From: Vicugna vicugna
Lineage: Eukaryota
Reading direction: 5' to 3'
Length of the DNA: 64,000 nucleotides
Assembly: GCA_013265495.1 (NCBI GenBank)
Contig: MU058687.1
Coordinates: 1,116,001 to 1,180,000, forward strand
Numbering within the stretch: the stretch's first letter is position 1; every line of letters starts with the position of its first letter. The translations under genes were made by a program, and so were the position numbers. Shown here in pieces: positions 24,901 to 35,542 of this stretch. The notes beneath the pieces were generated by a model. It was not told the origin of the DNA. It saw nothing but the letters and a program-made list of their open reading frames with translations, and did no database searches.

Positions 24901-27900
24901 GTAGTATAGAGCTAGTGAGGGAGAGATGCCCAGAGGCCTGGGGGCTTCCACTCCCACTCTAGGCTCTGGTGACCCCAGCCAAAGAGGCGAGAATGCCCTC
25001 TCGGGGGTCCTTTCCACACCCCTCTGCTCTCCTCTGCCTCTTGGCATCAGATCTGGGGACTGAGTGTTCTCTGCTATCTCTCCCTGATCACTTCCTTCCC
25101 TCACCTGCCTTTCCTTCCAAGGTGCCCTCTGGGAGTTTCCTCAGGGACGGTGAATGAGGTCAAGGCCACCTGTCAAGGCACAACTGCCACCCCTACCCTG
25201 GGGACCTGTGACTCTGCAGGCAGCCACAGGGGGCACAGGTGAAGGGGTGGGGTGAGGGGAGGGGAGCGAGAGCCCCACAGTCACCAGGCCTGTCCTGGCT
25301 CTGCCTCCCAGGGCTGTGGCTGTTGGCCCAGAAGAAATAAGAAAGGTGGCCCTGTTGCCCAACCCTCTGGAAGGGGCCAGGGCCTCAGTCTTCCCTGGGA
25401 ACCACGGTGGGAGCGTGGGGCAGTGTGGTGACAGTCAGCTTTGGGGCCAGGAAAGGCTGCCTTGGGCTGGCTGCCTCCCCTGGGAGCCAGGGCAGGGTAC
25501 CAGGGCCTCCTGGGACTGCCTGGTCATGTCTCTGCCACCTGGGATCTGTCAGAGACACTCTTGGACCCTTAGTCTCCTCATCTGCCTGCTCGACAGAGTG
25601 GCTGTGAGGGCAGAGGTGATGTGGAAGGTGAAAAGTCACTGTCTAGCACTGTGACCAGAAGGGTTCATTACTGAACTATTGTTACAGAGCCAAGCCTTGG
25701 CAAGAGGGGATGGGAGGAAACAGATTGAAGCTGGGCCTCTAACAGTGGGGTGGGTCCAAGAGTGTGGCCAGAGCCCTGGACACTAGGCAAGACCAAGCCC
25801 AGGGCAGTACTGAGGCTCCTGGAGAGTGTGGTAACAGCCACGAGAGGTAGCATGAGAAAGGGCAGACTTTTGGATTAGGCTGGGGTTCACTCACTAGCTG
25901 TGGCAAATCGTGTAACCATACCAAGCCTCTGTTTCCTCATCTGTGAAATGGGATAACAACAGTACCTACCTCCCTGGGGTTGTTATGAGAACAGGGACCT
26001 GTCTGTCTTGCTTACCACTGTATCTCAAGCATCTGGGATAGTGCCAAGCATAGAGTAGGTGCTCAATAGATGTTTGTTGAATAAATGAGAAAACATATTC
26101 AGATGTCCAGTGTGGGACAAGGCACAGAGGAGGCACACCATAAATGGTGGCCCTCCCCATCATCCCACCCCAGGAGAGGGCTCAAGACTTCTATTCTGGT
26201 GACTTTATCCATGGTCTGAGGGTACCAGGAGAGCATCTGAGCCCATTTCTCTCTTCCCTGAGCCTGGTTGGCAGTGCCAGGCCTGCTGCTCCTGGTAGCT
26301 AATGTTCAGAGTGCCCTTGGCACTGGCAGCAGGACTGGTGCTGGTGAGAGGCTCTGCCAGGTGGTGGCTCAGTGTCTCCTTCCCTCTCTGCCCCTTTCCT
26401 CCCGCCCCGGCTTGTCCATCTCTGGGCTCCTCAGCCCAGTCGCCCCCTCCTGTGGGCACCACCCTGGGCCAGAACAAAGTCCAGGCACCTCTTCCAGGGC
26501 CATGGTAGCTGCCTCCCAGCTCAGGGAGGGAGGTGGTGTGCCCCACGCCCCTGTGAGTCTGGGAGGGACCCAGACCCCCTCTGTCCCTGTAGCTTCTCGG
26601 CAGCTGTGCTCCAGCTGCTGGGCCCACCTCTCTGGGCAAAATCGTCTGATAGGGAGACAAAAGGCAGCTGCAACTGGTCGCTGATTTCCTTGGTCTCCCT
26701 GAGCCAGGAAGGCAATGCAGCCTGAAGAAGGGATGGGCAGCCCCTTGGCTGAAGCTGCCAAGTGGGTGGCGGGTGTCCTGCCACACCTGAGGACCCACCT
26801 GCACTCGCAGCGCACGTGCTGAGAGAATGTCAGCTCCACGTAGGAGGGCGGGTCCCCAGAGCGGATCTTTAGGAGCTGTGAGGAGAGAAAGGTTGGATGC
26901 CTGGACTGGGGGCTGGCCCATGGGTTTTCCATACTCTTTCCACTGTCCACTTTGGGGAGAAACAGATTCCCTATTTCCCTCCAGCCTTTGGACTACACAC
27001 CTTCATTCTGCTTTGAGTGTGGGGCAAAAAGCTCCCCCATCCCTCCATGTGGATCTGAGGGAGGCCCCTGTCCCTCCGTTCCTAGGGCCACCAGCATAGC
27101 AATACTGTAGGAGGGGGCCCATGCTCTGAAGTCAGAGAGACTTATGTTCAAATCTTGGCTCTTCCACCTGCTGAGCCAGTGAAATAACATCTTGGAACCT
27201 CAAGTTCCTCATCTGTGAAACAAGAATATCACTTGGCTCGAAGGACTGAAGTTGAGGTAACATTTAGGAAGCGTCTAGCACAGTGCTTGGCATTATTCAA
27301 TGAGTGCTCAAAACACCACTGTAGGTATGGGTATGTAAGCAAAGCTCAGGGCACCAGATGCTCCTGGTATAAACAGGGACTTCCTGAATCTGAATGGATT
27401 TCTTTTCCAACCTCAACCAGATATCCTGGGTCCTGGGGTAGGGCTAAGCCAGAGCCTGAGAGAGCTAGTAAGAAGGTGAGGGGGCTCCAGAAGGAGGGGA
27501 ACTGTGGCAGAAGAGCCTGGGACCCTGGTCTGCCCTCTTTCCCTCTCCAGGTCCCTTCTTGGGGGAGGTTCTGTGGCCCTCTGATGAGCAGAGTGTGGAC
27601 AGCGGGGAGGGCCGGGACAGGACACTAGGAGATCCTCCCTACCTGCATGGTGACATTGACTGTCTCTACCGGCATACAGTGCAGGTCCTCATCACCACAG
27701 CAGCCGGTGCAGCGCAGCAGGGAGACACAGGACGGGCTAAATATGTGCTCCACTTCGCTGGGGTACTCGGATACGATGTCCACCAGCCTCTCCAGTGCCC
27801 GGCAGTAGCTGCGGCCCCACACTTCCTGGAAGGGTACCACTGTGAGGAGGCACAGACAGCGGGGTCAGGCCAAGAGGGGCCAGCTCCTTGAAGCCCCTGC

Positions 27901-30900
27901 AGGGCTTTCCAGGTTCAGCCCACACCCCTCCTCCAGGAAGCCCCCAGCCTATGTATGCTCCCTCAGTTCTGAACTCGTGATGTGATCCCTCTGGGACTAT
28001 TGCTGGACCCCTCAGCTCATCTACCTAATGGAAATCCCAGCGGAACAGAATTTCGAGACGTCCTAACCTCTCAGCTCTCGTCTCAACTCAGGCACCCACG
28101 TCTGCCTTGGTGCCTTGGGGCTTCGAGGAGCATGCCCTGGCAACTCCCCAGGCCCTCTGGATCTTTCTCAGGCCTGACCTAGTGCTTCCTCGGTCTTGGG
28201 GATTGGCAGGAAACAGTCAGTTCTGCAAGTTCTGTACAATTGGCTGGCAGAGTCCCACGGGGGGGGGTTGGCCTTCCCCTCAATCCTTATTTCCTGCCCC
28301 ACTTTAGCCAGCTCCTCTGCCTGGGGGCCAAGATTGCAGCCAGCAATATGCCCCATCCCCACTCTCCATTTTGGTCAGACCACCCGCGCACGAGCCTGGG
28401 CTGCACCCCCATAAGTCCCACCTTTGGTCCGGGCTCCTTGCCCTCTTCTCATTTCTAACCAAATAAAGCCCACCACCCACTTCTCAAGGCCTGCCTCCCT
28501 GCCTCCTCTCTGAAACCTTCTCCAACTTGTCCAGTACGAACAGATGTTCCTGTTTTGAGCATAACTTGGCCCCGAGGGCTCGCCTTATCTCTGTCACTGG
28601 TGACTTTTATCTCCTTTACAAGCAGGTCGAGGCTTCTTGAAGACAGGGACCCAAGCACCCCGTAAACATAGGCTACGTAGAAGATTCACAGGGACATCCC
28701 TGACCCACCACGATGTCCTGGTGGGCGTGGCTGGGATCCTTCGGGGACTGATTTGGAGTCTCTCAAAAAACACTGGTCCTTCAGGGGAAGGCCTGGGGAC
28801 TGGCCCCAAACAGAGGCTCACAGAAAGTGAGTAGCCAGAGCCAGAAGACCTGGCTCCTCATCCTGGCCCTACAGTGGCTGTATGACCTTGGGGAGGTCAC
28901 TTCACTTTTCTGGGTATATCAGTTTCCTCAGCTGTGGAGAAAGAAGAAGGTTGGGCATAGATGGTTGCTAAGGGACCTCCCAGCTCTGACAGACAGACTG
29001 TGATCTGTGCAACCAGCCCAGCCCTGGGACTGCGGGCAGAGACACATCTCCAGCCCTGGGTCATCCTGCCTCGCACTTGTTGGGTGTCTTCGGCTGGTAG
29101 GGGAGGATGGGGAAGCTGGCATACCTGGGGACCCCACACTTCGGCCCAAGAGCAACGGCCTCTCCTAGCAGCCCCTCACTTCCCTCCATGGCCCTTCCTA
29201 GGAGGCAGAAGGGCCAAAGTCCATTCCACTGAGCCTATGAGGAGGTGAGTTGCAGGGTAATCTCAGAAGAAAAATAAACTTCAGCCCTAGCAGAGGCCCT
29301 CAGGAAAGGCTGCAAGCTGGTGGAAAATACCCAAGAGGCGGCGTGTCCACATGGAGCTGGCTGAGGCGGCCACGGAGCAATAAACCACGCTTATCTGGGT
29401 GTCTGCTGCTCCATTCTGCCCTGTCTGCTTAGGGGGCACTAAAGCTGGGCCTGGGAGTGGGCGGGGACCAAAGGCCTCCCTGATCCTACCTCTCTAGGTC
29501 ACTGGCTCACTCTCCCTGGACCGTCTCCCCATACGTGGCCCAAAGATCTAGGGAAGAGGCCTTTGCAAAGAGAGCTCGGAGGAGCACCTCCCTATTGTAA
29601 CTCTGTGAGTGCATGTTTAGTCTAAAATCTTCACGAGCACTTTGTAACTCTGAACATTTAATCTTCGCCTTGGAAAACATAAATAACAGTGGAGGAATAG
29701 CCAGCTGCCAAAGTGCCATTGAAGGCTCAGGCTCCTGCCTTGGGACCAGCCATCAGGGAGGGGATAGCAGCAGAGAAGGGGCACCCCAGTCTCCTACTAT
29801 TCCGCAAGTAGACTCACCCAGCCCACCCAGCCGGGCTGTCGGGCCAGGGCCAGGTTAAGCAGAGCCGCAGGGCCTTGGCGGCAGAAGAAGGGATTTCCTT
29901 TCCTCACCCCCACACCCACCATGCAGACTGTGTCAATAGGACCCAGGCTCCAGGGCCCTGAAATTCACCACTTTCTGGCCCACATGGCCTGTCGGTGCTG
30001 TGAGAGGGCTGAGAAGGAGGTGGGCTGGGCCTGGTTTACCTGGCAGCCACTAGGAAAGAGGGCAGCTCAACCATGGGGCCTGCTGTCTGGGTGTGTGGGA
30101 GAAACAAAGGGGGCTGGGTGAGGGGCCGGCTGAGGGAGTGCTGTGACCGCTCCCAGATGTGGGCTGAGCCCCTCAGCAAAGCTCTGCTCAGCCGCTCCTG
30201 AGAGCACTTCCTCTAGCCCCAGACCTGCTCAGAGGCTGGGGTGGGCGGAGAGGAACGGGAGGCTGTGGCCCAGGCAGGCGCTTAGCTGCTCCCAGGGCCA
30301 TGAATGGGCTCTCGGCTCTCTTGCCAACCTTGTGGGCAAGCCTCCTATCTGGCTCCAGCTGCCTACCACCCAGGATGGAGGAGACCCCAGAAGGGAAATG
30401 TTTCATCCTGAGCACAAGCTTCTGGGGAGGCTGCTGGGAGGCGGGGGTTACAGGACTGGGCAGAGCCACTGGCCACTGGCCCAAGCCCAGCAGGTGTTCT
30501 CTCCATGGTCACTGGCAGGGCACACAGCCAGCCCACCACAAGGGACACTCTGCTTATGCCTGCTCAGCCGTGAGCCATGGGGAGGTTTGGTGCCAAGCAC
30601 TCCAGCTCTGCCACATGTACTGAGGGGTGTCTGGGGATTCAGGTGACCCCAGGACCTCTCTGAGCCTCTTGGAGAATACGAGTGCCTTCCTTGTTCACAG
30701 CCTGTGGTCAGCACAAAGTTAGAGTAAATGCCTAGTACCGTCACCATGTGTAGTAATAGTAACAATCAGCGTCTGTGGCCACGGAGGACAGGCTATGCTG
30801 TTTCTTGCCTGGTGTTAGGGGGGGATGACACTTTTCGGATTTTGATAACTGGGGTCCAAACCTCTTTCCCTGGTCATAATATAGGCTCCCTAATTGATCA

Positions 30901-33437
30901 GGATGACAGGTGAGCTGCCCTAACACTTCCAAGCCTCCTCACCCAAGTCCCTGGTAGATATATACCCCTGTGTCTGACTCCACTGGAGTCAGAGAATCCT
31001 ACAATCTAAGAAAAAGAACCTTAGGTAGCATGTAGTCTAACTCTCCCATTTTACAGATGAGGAAACTGAGGCTCAGATGTCTTTGGTAGCTGTTGCCTGA
31101 AATATACTAAAAGCATCAAAAAGGCCAGGGGTGGATAGAGATGGATGATGGATGCTTCTCCAAATTCCAGAAAACATAATATTGTGCCAGTTCCAGAAGG
31201 CACAGCAGGGGGAGGGGGAGAGTGTCAATGAAGTCAAAGGCTACTCCCACCCCCACCATCTCAGTGCCCAAGGGGCCTGGGACTCAGATGTTAGAGCCCA
31301 GCTCAGCTCAGGAGAGGCTGGCTACCAGGCAGGTGGGGGGGTGTGTGGGCAGGCCAGCAGAGAGAGGGTGTTCCCAGCTAGAAGAGGCTACCACTCGTGT
31401 GCGTGTGCATGTCCCTACATGCTCCCTTTCTTCCGTGGGAAGTGGTGTGTGGCCCGGCTGCACGTCTTGGAGAGGCTGGGAGGGAGGAGCAAGGCAGGGG
31501 GCCTGACATAGGCCTCCTGCCTTCTGCACGTATGTCTCTTTGGCAAATGTCTCGCCCTTTGAAGATTCCTTCTTGATGCAGTCCCAGGCTGGGGAGGGCA
31601 CAACTCATTCTGTCTGTTTGTAATCAATGGAAAGACCTGGACAAATTCCTGCAGCTTCTCCAGGGTTGGGCTGCTGGGAAGGTCCCTTCCCTGATCCTCT
31701 TGACTGCTCACCCACTGCATCCAGCTCCTAGACCTCCAGGGTGGCCCTTGGCACTCATTGCCTACACTGACCTCTAAGACCCCATCTGCCTTCTTACATC
31801 ATGCTGGGAAAGGGCTCTGAGCTAACCTGACAAACCCTGGGTATGTGGGCCCCAGCCCTGCTCTCTGTGTGCCAGGTGACCCTGGCCCAGGAATATACCT
31901 CTCTAGGCCTCTGGGTCCCAACAGTGGGTCCCCTCAGGGTCTTAGGCCCTGCCAACTTTGTCAGCCAGGGCATCAGCCAGCTTACAGGCTCTCCCCAACT
32001 TAATATCAGCCTACTCCCACCCTACATGCCAATCTCTTCCCATCCTCTACAGAGGCCTGGGAGGCGAAGGCTTGGTGAGCTCATGCACACCACCCCCCTT
32101 CCCCACCCAGCCAGCTTACCTTCCACCTCTGACGAGCTGTTCCCAGCAGACAAGGCCCACTGCTGTGGACAGAAAGGTGCAGAGATGAGGGGAACAACCT
32201 GGGGCCTCTGCGCTCTGGAACCCAGTGTGATGGCAAGAGCATAGAGGCCCCTCTGAGCTCCTTCCCACCCGCTGCACATGCTCGACTCTGTCTCAGAGAC
32301 AACTCTTTCCAGGTGCAACTGAAAACTCAGTGAACCCTGGGTGGGTTCCACCCTTCTCTCTGGCCTCAGTTTCATCATTTGGAAAGGGTGGGAGCCTGGA
32401 GGCTTTTGGAGACCTTTGCCTGCTGTGCCCCAAAGACCTTGACATCCTTTGGGGTCTCCTTTCTACCCAGCCCCCAGGCAGCCTTTCTGGGCCCTGTGCA
32501 TCCCACCTTGGCTGGGTGCCAGAGCCCAGAGGGAGGCGATCAGCTGGTGGGAGCAGAGGTGCTGGAGCAGGTAGCGCCATGAGCTGGTGCTGCCGGTGAA
32601 GTTACAGCTCTAACCAGCCCTGCAGCAAGCGGGTAGTAGGGCTGTTCCGCCCCTGTGGGACTGCCCAGCCCACCCACTTCTAGGCTGGGGCCCAGGACTC
32701 CCAGGGCAGCAGGACAGCACAGTGGGAAGGGAGCACATTGGCTTTGTCAGGATTTCACTGCCCAAACTGGCTCCTGGCCAGATTCACCCAGCTCCTGGGA
32801 AAAGGGCCCTGCTCACTTCCCCAGGCCCTGCACTCAGGACCTCCGGCTGCCCACCCGGGGAAGAGGGCACAGCAGGACCCTTGTCTCGCCCCTAGCCCAC
32901 CCAGAAGCCATGGGCTCAGCCAGGAACCCTGGTGGGGGCAGGGCCTAACCTCTCCACCAATGGCTTCTTTTGCCGGTTTCCCCTCCACCAGGCCGGGTCA
33001 GAGGTCCTGGGGGCGCCTGCCTGGTCATGGGGCCTTGACCCTGACCACAAGGCCAGGGACTTGCCTGAGATTAGTGGAGAGATGCTTTTAAGCAAAGCCA
33101 CCAGGGCTCTGGGGGCCAGACAGGAAACCTCCCTCCCTTCCCTGCGGCTTCCCCGCCCCCGCCAAGACAGACCCCAAAGCTGGAGTCTAGGACAGCCCAG
33201 CCTGAGGTCTCCCAGACGAGGCGGTCCAGCCTGGCTCCTGGGAAGTGTGTGGACATCTTTGGAGATGCCGGTCCCTGGAATGAGTCTGTGATTTCAGAGA
33301 CCCCTGCTCCCAGTGCTGAGGGTGGGAAGATCAGGGAAGCCAGGCTGCGGGTGGGTTCTTACCTGAGGGGGCACAGTAGGCAGCGCTAGTCCAGTCAGGA
33401 GCTGCAGGAAGCAAGTGAACAGCCTCATGGCAGGCAT
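21903..33437 (-). CDS. PGF: Placental growth factor, spliced CDS join(33363..33437,32120..32162,27643..27839,26799..26875,24744..24773,24577..24639,21903..21930); 513 nt = 170 aa (PlGF-2); 149 aa (PlGF-1) if exon 6 is skipped
   Basis: Manual exon assembly gives [170 protein letters not shown]. This contains a signal peptide, the PDGF/VEGF cystine-knot motif ([13 protein letters not shown]...CEC) and a basic tail. All introns are GT-AG and the phases are consistent. Confidence 0.98.
22329..23564. mobile_element. hAT (Charlie-type) DNA transposon relic with terminal inverted repeats, in PGF intron 6
   Basis: Left end CAGCTGTCTTCAAAC (22329-22343) and right end GTTTGAAGACTGCTG (23550-23564) are inverted repeats matching at 14/15; the interior is AT-rich inside GC-rich flanks. 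Confidence 0.7.
24577..24639 (-). CDS. PGF: PGF coding exon 6, alternatively spliced basic heparin/neuropilin-binding exon (PlGF-2)
   Basis: 63 nt, frame-preserving; [20 protein letters not shown]; acceptor ttgcag; donor CCT|GTGAGT. Confidence 0.95.
24744..24773 (-). CDS. PGF: PGF coding exon 5 ([10 protein letters not shown])
   Basis: 30 nt; polypyrimidine tract plus ttag acceptor; donor AAG|GTAAGT. Confidence 0.94.
26799..26875 (-). CDS. PGF: PGF coding exon 4 ([25 protein letters not shown])
   Basis: 77 nt; acceptor tcacag; donor CAG|GTGGGT; ends with the CEC of the cystine knot. Confidence 0.97.
27643..27839 (-). CDS. PGF: PGF coding exon 3 (core of VEGF/PDGF cystine-knot domain)
   Basis: 197 nt; [12 protein letters not shown]...[20 protein letters not shown]...NVTMQ; acceptor tcacag; donor CAG|GTAGGG. 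Confidence 0.98.
32120..32162 (-). CDS. PGF: PGF coding exon 2 ([14 protein letters not shown])
   Basis: 43 nt; acceptor ccacag|CAG; donor AAG|GTAAGC; contains N-glycosylation sequon NSS. Confidence 0.96.
33363..33437 (-). CDS. PGF: PGF coding exon 1 (signal peptide, [25 protein letters not shown])
   Basis: ATG at 33437 in context GAGAAGATGC; 75 nt; donor CAG|GTAAGA. Confidence 0.97.
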
Positions 33438-34200
33438 CTTCTCAGACGTACTAAGCCTGGGGGCTCCAAGGGAAAACCACCATGCTAGTCCCCTGGGGGG
33501 AGTCCTTGGCACACGAGGACAGGAGGTGAATGAGGGGCTGGATGCCCCCCTTTACTGCTGCCCCGAGGTCCCCGTTGGTGGCCCGAGCATCCTCTGAAAG
33601 CCCTGGAAATTCTGGAGCCCGCAGGTGAGGCTGTGGCTGGGGAACCTGATGTGGAGGGCCCGGCGGGGCCAGGAGGTGCAAGGCAGGCGGTTCCCTGGGG
33701 AGGGTCCGTCGGGCGCCCAGCGCGACCCTAGGTCCTCTTGTGGCTGGCCAGTGAAGATGCAGTTTCCTCCTCAGACAGCAGCTCTCTTCTGGGACTGAAG
33801 CTTGGCGGCGGCTGGGTTTCAGGGGCCGCGAATGGGGCGGGGCTGCAGGCCCGCCCCGCCCACCGCCGACGAGGCTCCAGACCCGAGTCCCAGGGAGCGG
33901 CCGTGAGCGCCGAGCCGTGTCAGCGGGCGGCCGGCGGCAGGGACCTGAGCGCGCTCGGCCCTCAGTGCGTGGAACTGCGATCCCGACGCGGACCTCACGG
34001 CCGCAGGACCCCAGCCTGCATCCTCCCCGGGGCCGCCTGGAGCCTGCTGCCCGGGACCCCGGCTGCCCCTTGCAGCACCCAGTGCCGGCCCGCGGAGAGG
34101 GGCCCACAGCTCCGCTCCAGCTCTTACAGTCTGGCCACCTTGGGTAGGGGCAGCCAAGTGTGGAACCCAATTCCTGCGAACAAGGCTCATGACGTTAGCA
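33438..34200 (-). promoter_or_regulatory. PGF CpG-island promoter and 5' leader (GC boxes at 33834-33843 and 33850-33861; CRE-like TGACGTTA at 34190-34197)
   Basis: High CpG density directly upstream of the PGF ATG; Sp1-type GGGGCGGGGC. The TSS cannot be fixed from sequence alone. Confidence 0.8.
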
Positions 34201-34394
34201 GCCTCTGCAGAGACTGTAGCTCCAGGCCCCCAGGAAGGCAGCGATTTGGTTTGGCACTTCACGGTGCTACCTTATGGCATCCCCAAAATCCTCAGTGATG
34301 AAAGGATCAGTAACCATATTTTATAGACAAAGAAACTGAGGTTCCAAGAGTGCCCCTGCCTGTATATGTTGTACATACATATGTACTCTTGAAA

Positions 34395-34966
34395 AGTGTG
34401 TGTGTGTGTGTGTGTATGTGTGAGGAATTAACAGAGACAAAACCCAAGCCATGTGACTGTCTCTTCACCCCCATGTACCATCCTCTTGGCCCGGCACTCA
34501 GGCAGCCAGCAGCCCAGCTGTGGGCACCTGGCTGGGGCTTCAGTACTATTTCCTCTTGTGGGAAGCAGTTTTCCCAGGCCCTGCCTGTAAACTCACCACA
34601 TGTGGGTTGGAGAGTGGCCTAGTGCAGCATTTCCTCCTGTTCCCAGGAGGAGGAGGAAATAATCCAATGCGGCAGGGGTCTGCTGACTGGGGTCTGTGTG
34701 TGTACATGTGTCTGTGCATGTGTGTGGGCATTTATGTATGGTTGTGAAGATCCACGTGTGCTATTAGTCTCTGTGTGGTCTGAGTGTCAGTGTGCATCTG
34801 CTGTAAGTGCAAATGTCACTTGTGTGAGGGCCTGGTCTTTTGGTGTCTCTCTACATGCTTGTGTGATTATGTGTGTGTTTGTGTGTGTGTGTCCACTGTG
34901 TCTCTGCTGTGTTTAAAAGTATGTTTGAATGTGCATTTCAGCAGGATTGTAAATTTGTATGTCTGC

Positions 34967-35000
<34 letters not shown>

Positions 35001-35060
35001 ATATCTGGACTGGCTTATGTGTGTGACTGTGCCCTCTCTCTGTGCATTTGTATGTGCCTC
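34395..35060. repeat. (TG)n microsatellites (~34395-34421, ~34969-34997) and TG-rich low-complexity tract upstream of the PGF promoter
   Basis: Directly visible dinucleotide runs. Confidence 0.85.
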
Positions 35061-35120
35061 CCATGGTCCTCAAACATTCATCACCACCACCACCCTCCGT
35101 GCACAGCTTTCAAACTGGCA

Positions 35121-35542
35121 GGCATTTGCAGCAACATGGATGGACGTAGAGATCATCATTCTAAGTGAAGTAAGCCAGAAAGAGAAAGAAAAATGCCATA
35201 TGATATCACTCATACGTGGACTCTTAAAAAAAAAAGGACACTATGAACAAAATAGAAACAGACTTGCAGACATAGTAAACAATCTTATGGTTACCGGGGA
35301 AAGGGGGGGGGAAGGGATAAATGTGGGAGTTTGAGATTTGCAAATGTTAGATACTATATATAAAAATAGATTTTAAAAAAGTTTCTTCTGTATAGCACAG
35401 GGAACTATGTTCAATATCTTGTAATAACCTTTAATAAAAAATATGAAAATGAATATATGTATGTATATGCATGACTGGGACACTGTGCTGTACACCAGAA
35501 ACTGACACATTATAATTGACTGTACTTCAATTAAAAAAAAAA
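35121..35542 (+). mobile_element. 5'-truncated young LINE-1 (3'UTR plus poly(A))
   Basis: GCATTTGCAGCAACATGGATGGAC...CTAAGTGAAGTAAGCCAGAAAGAGAAAG...CTGTATAGCACAGGGAACT...CTTCAATTAAAAAAAAAA; related to the copies at 1-527 and 59.3 kb. Confidence 0.9.

Noticed and set aside
33438..33512. In-frame N-terminal extension of PGF shown in the ORF track (MPRTPPRG...)
   Set aside because: Starts at GTG, not ATG, and nothing supports its use; the signal peptide begins at 33437.
33451..34298. 239-aa, 186-aa and 147-aa ORFs over the PGF promoter
   Set aside because: Stop-codon depletion in a CpG island; only the terminal MVVFPWSPQA uORF is considered meaningful.
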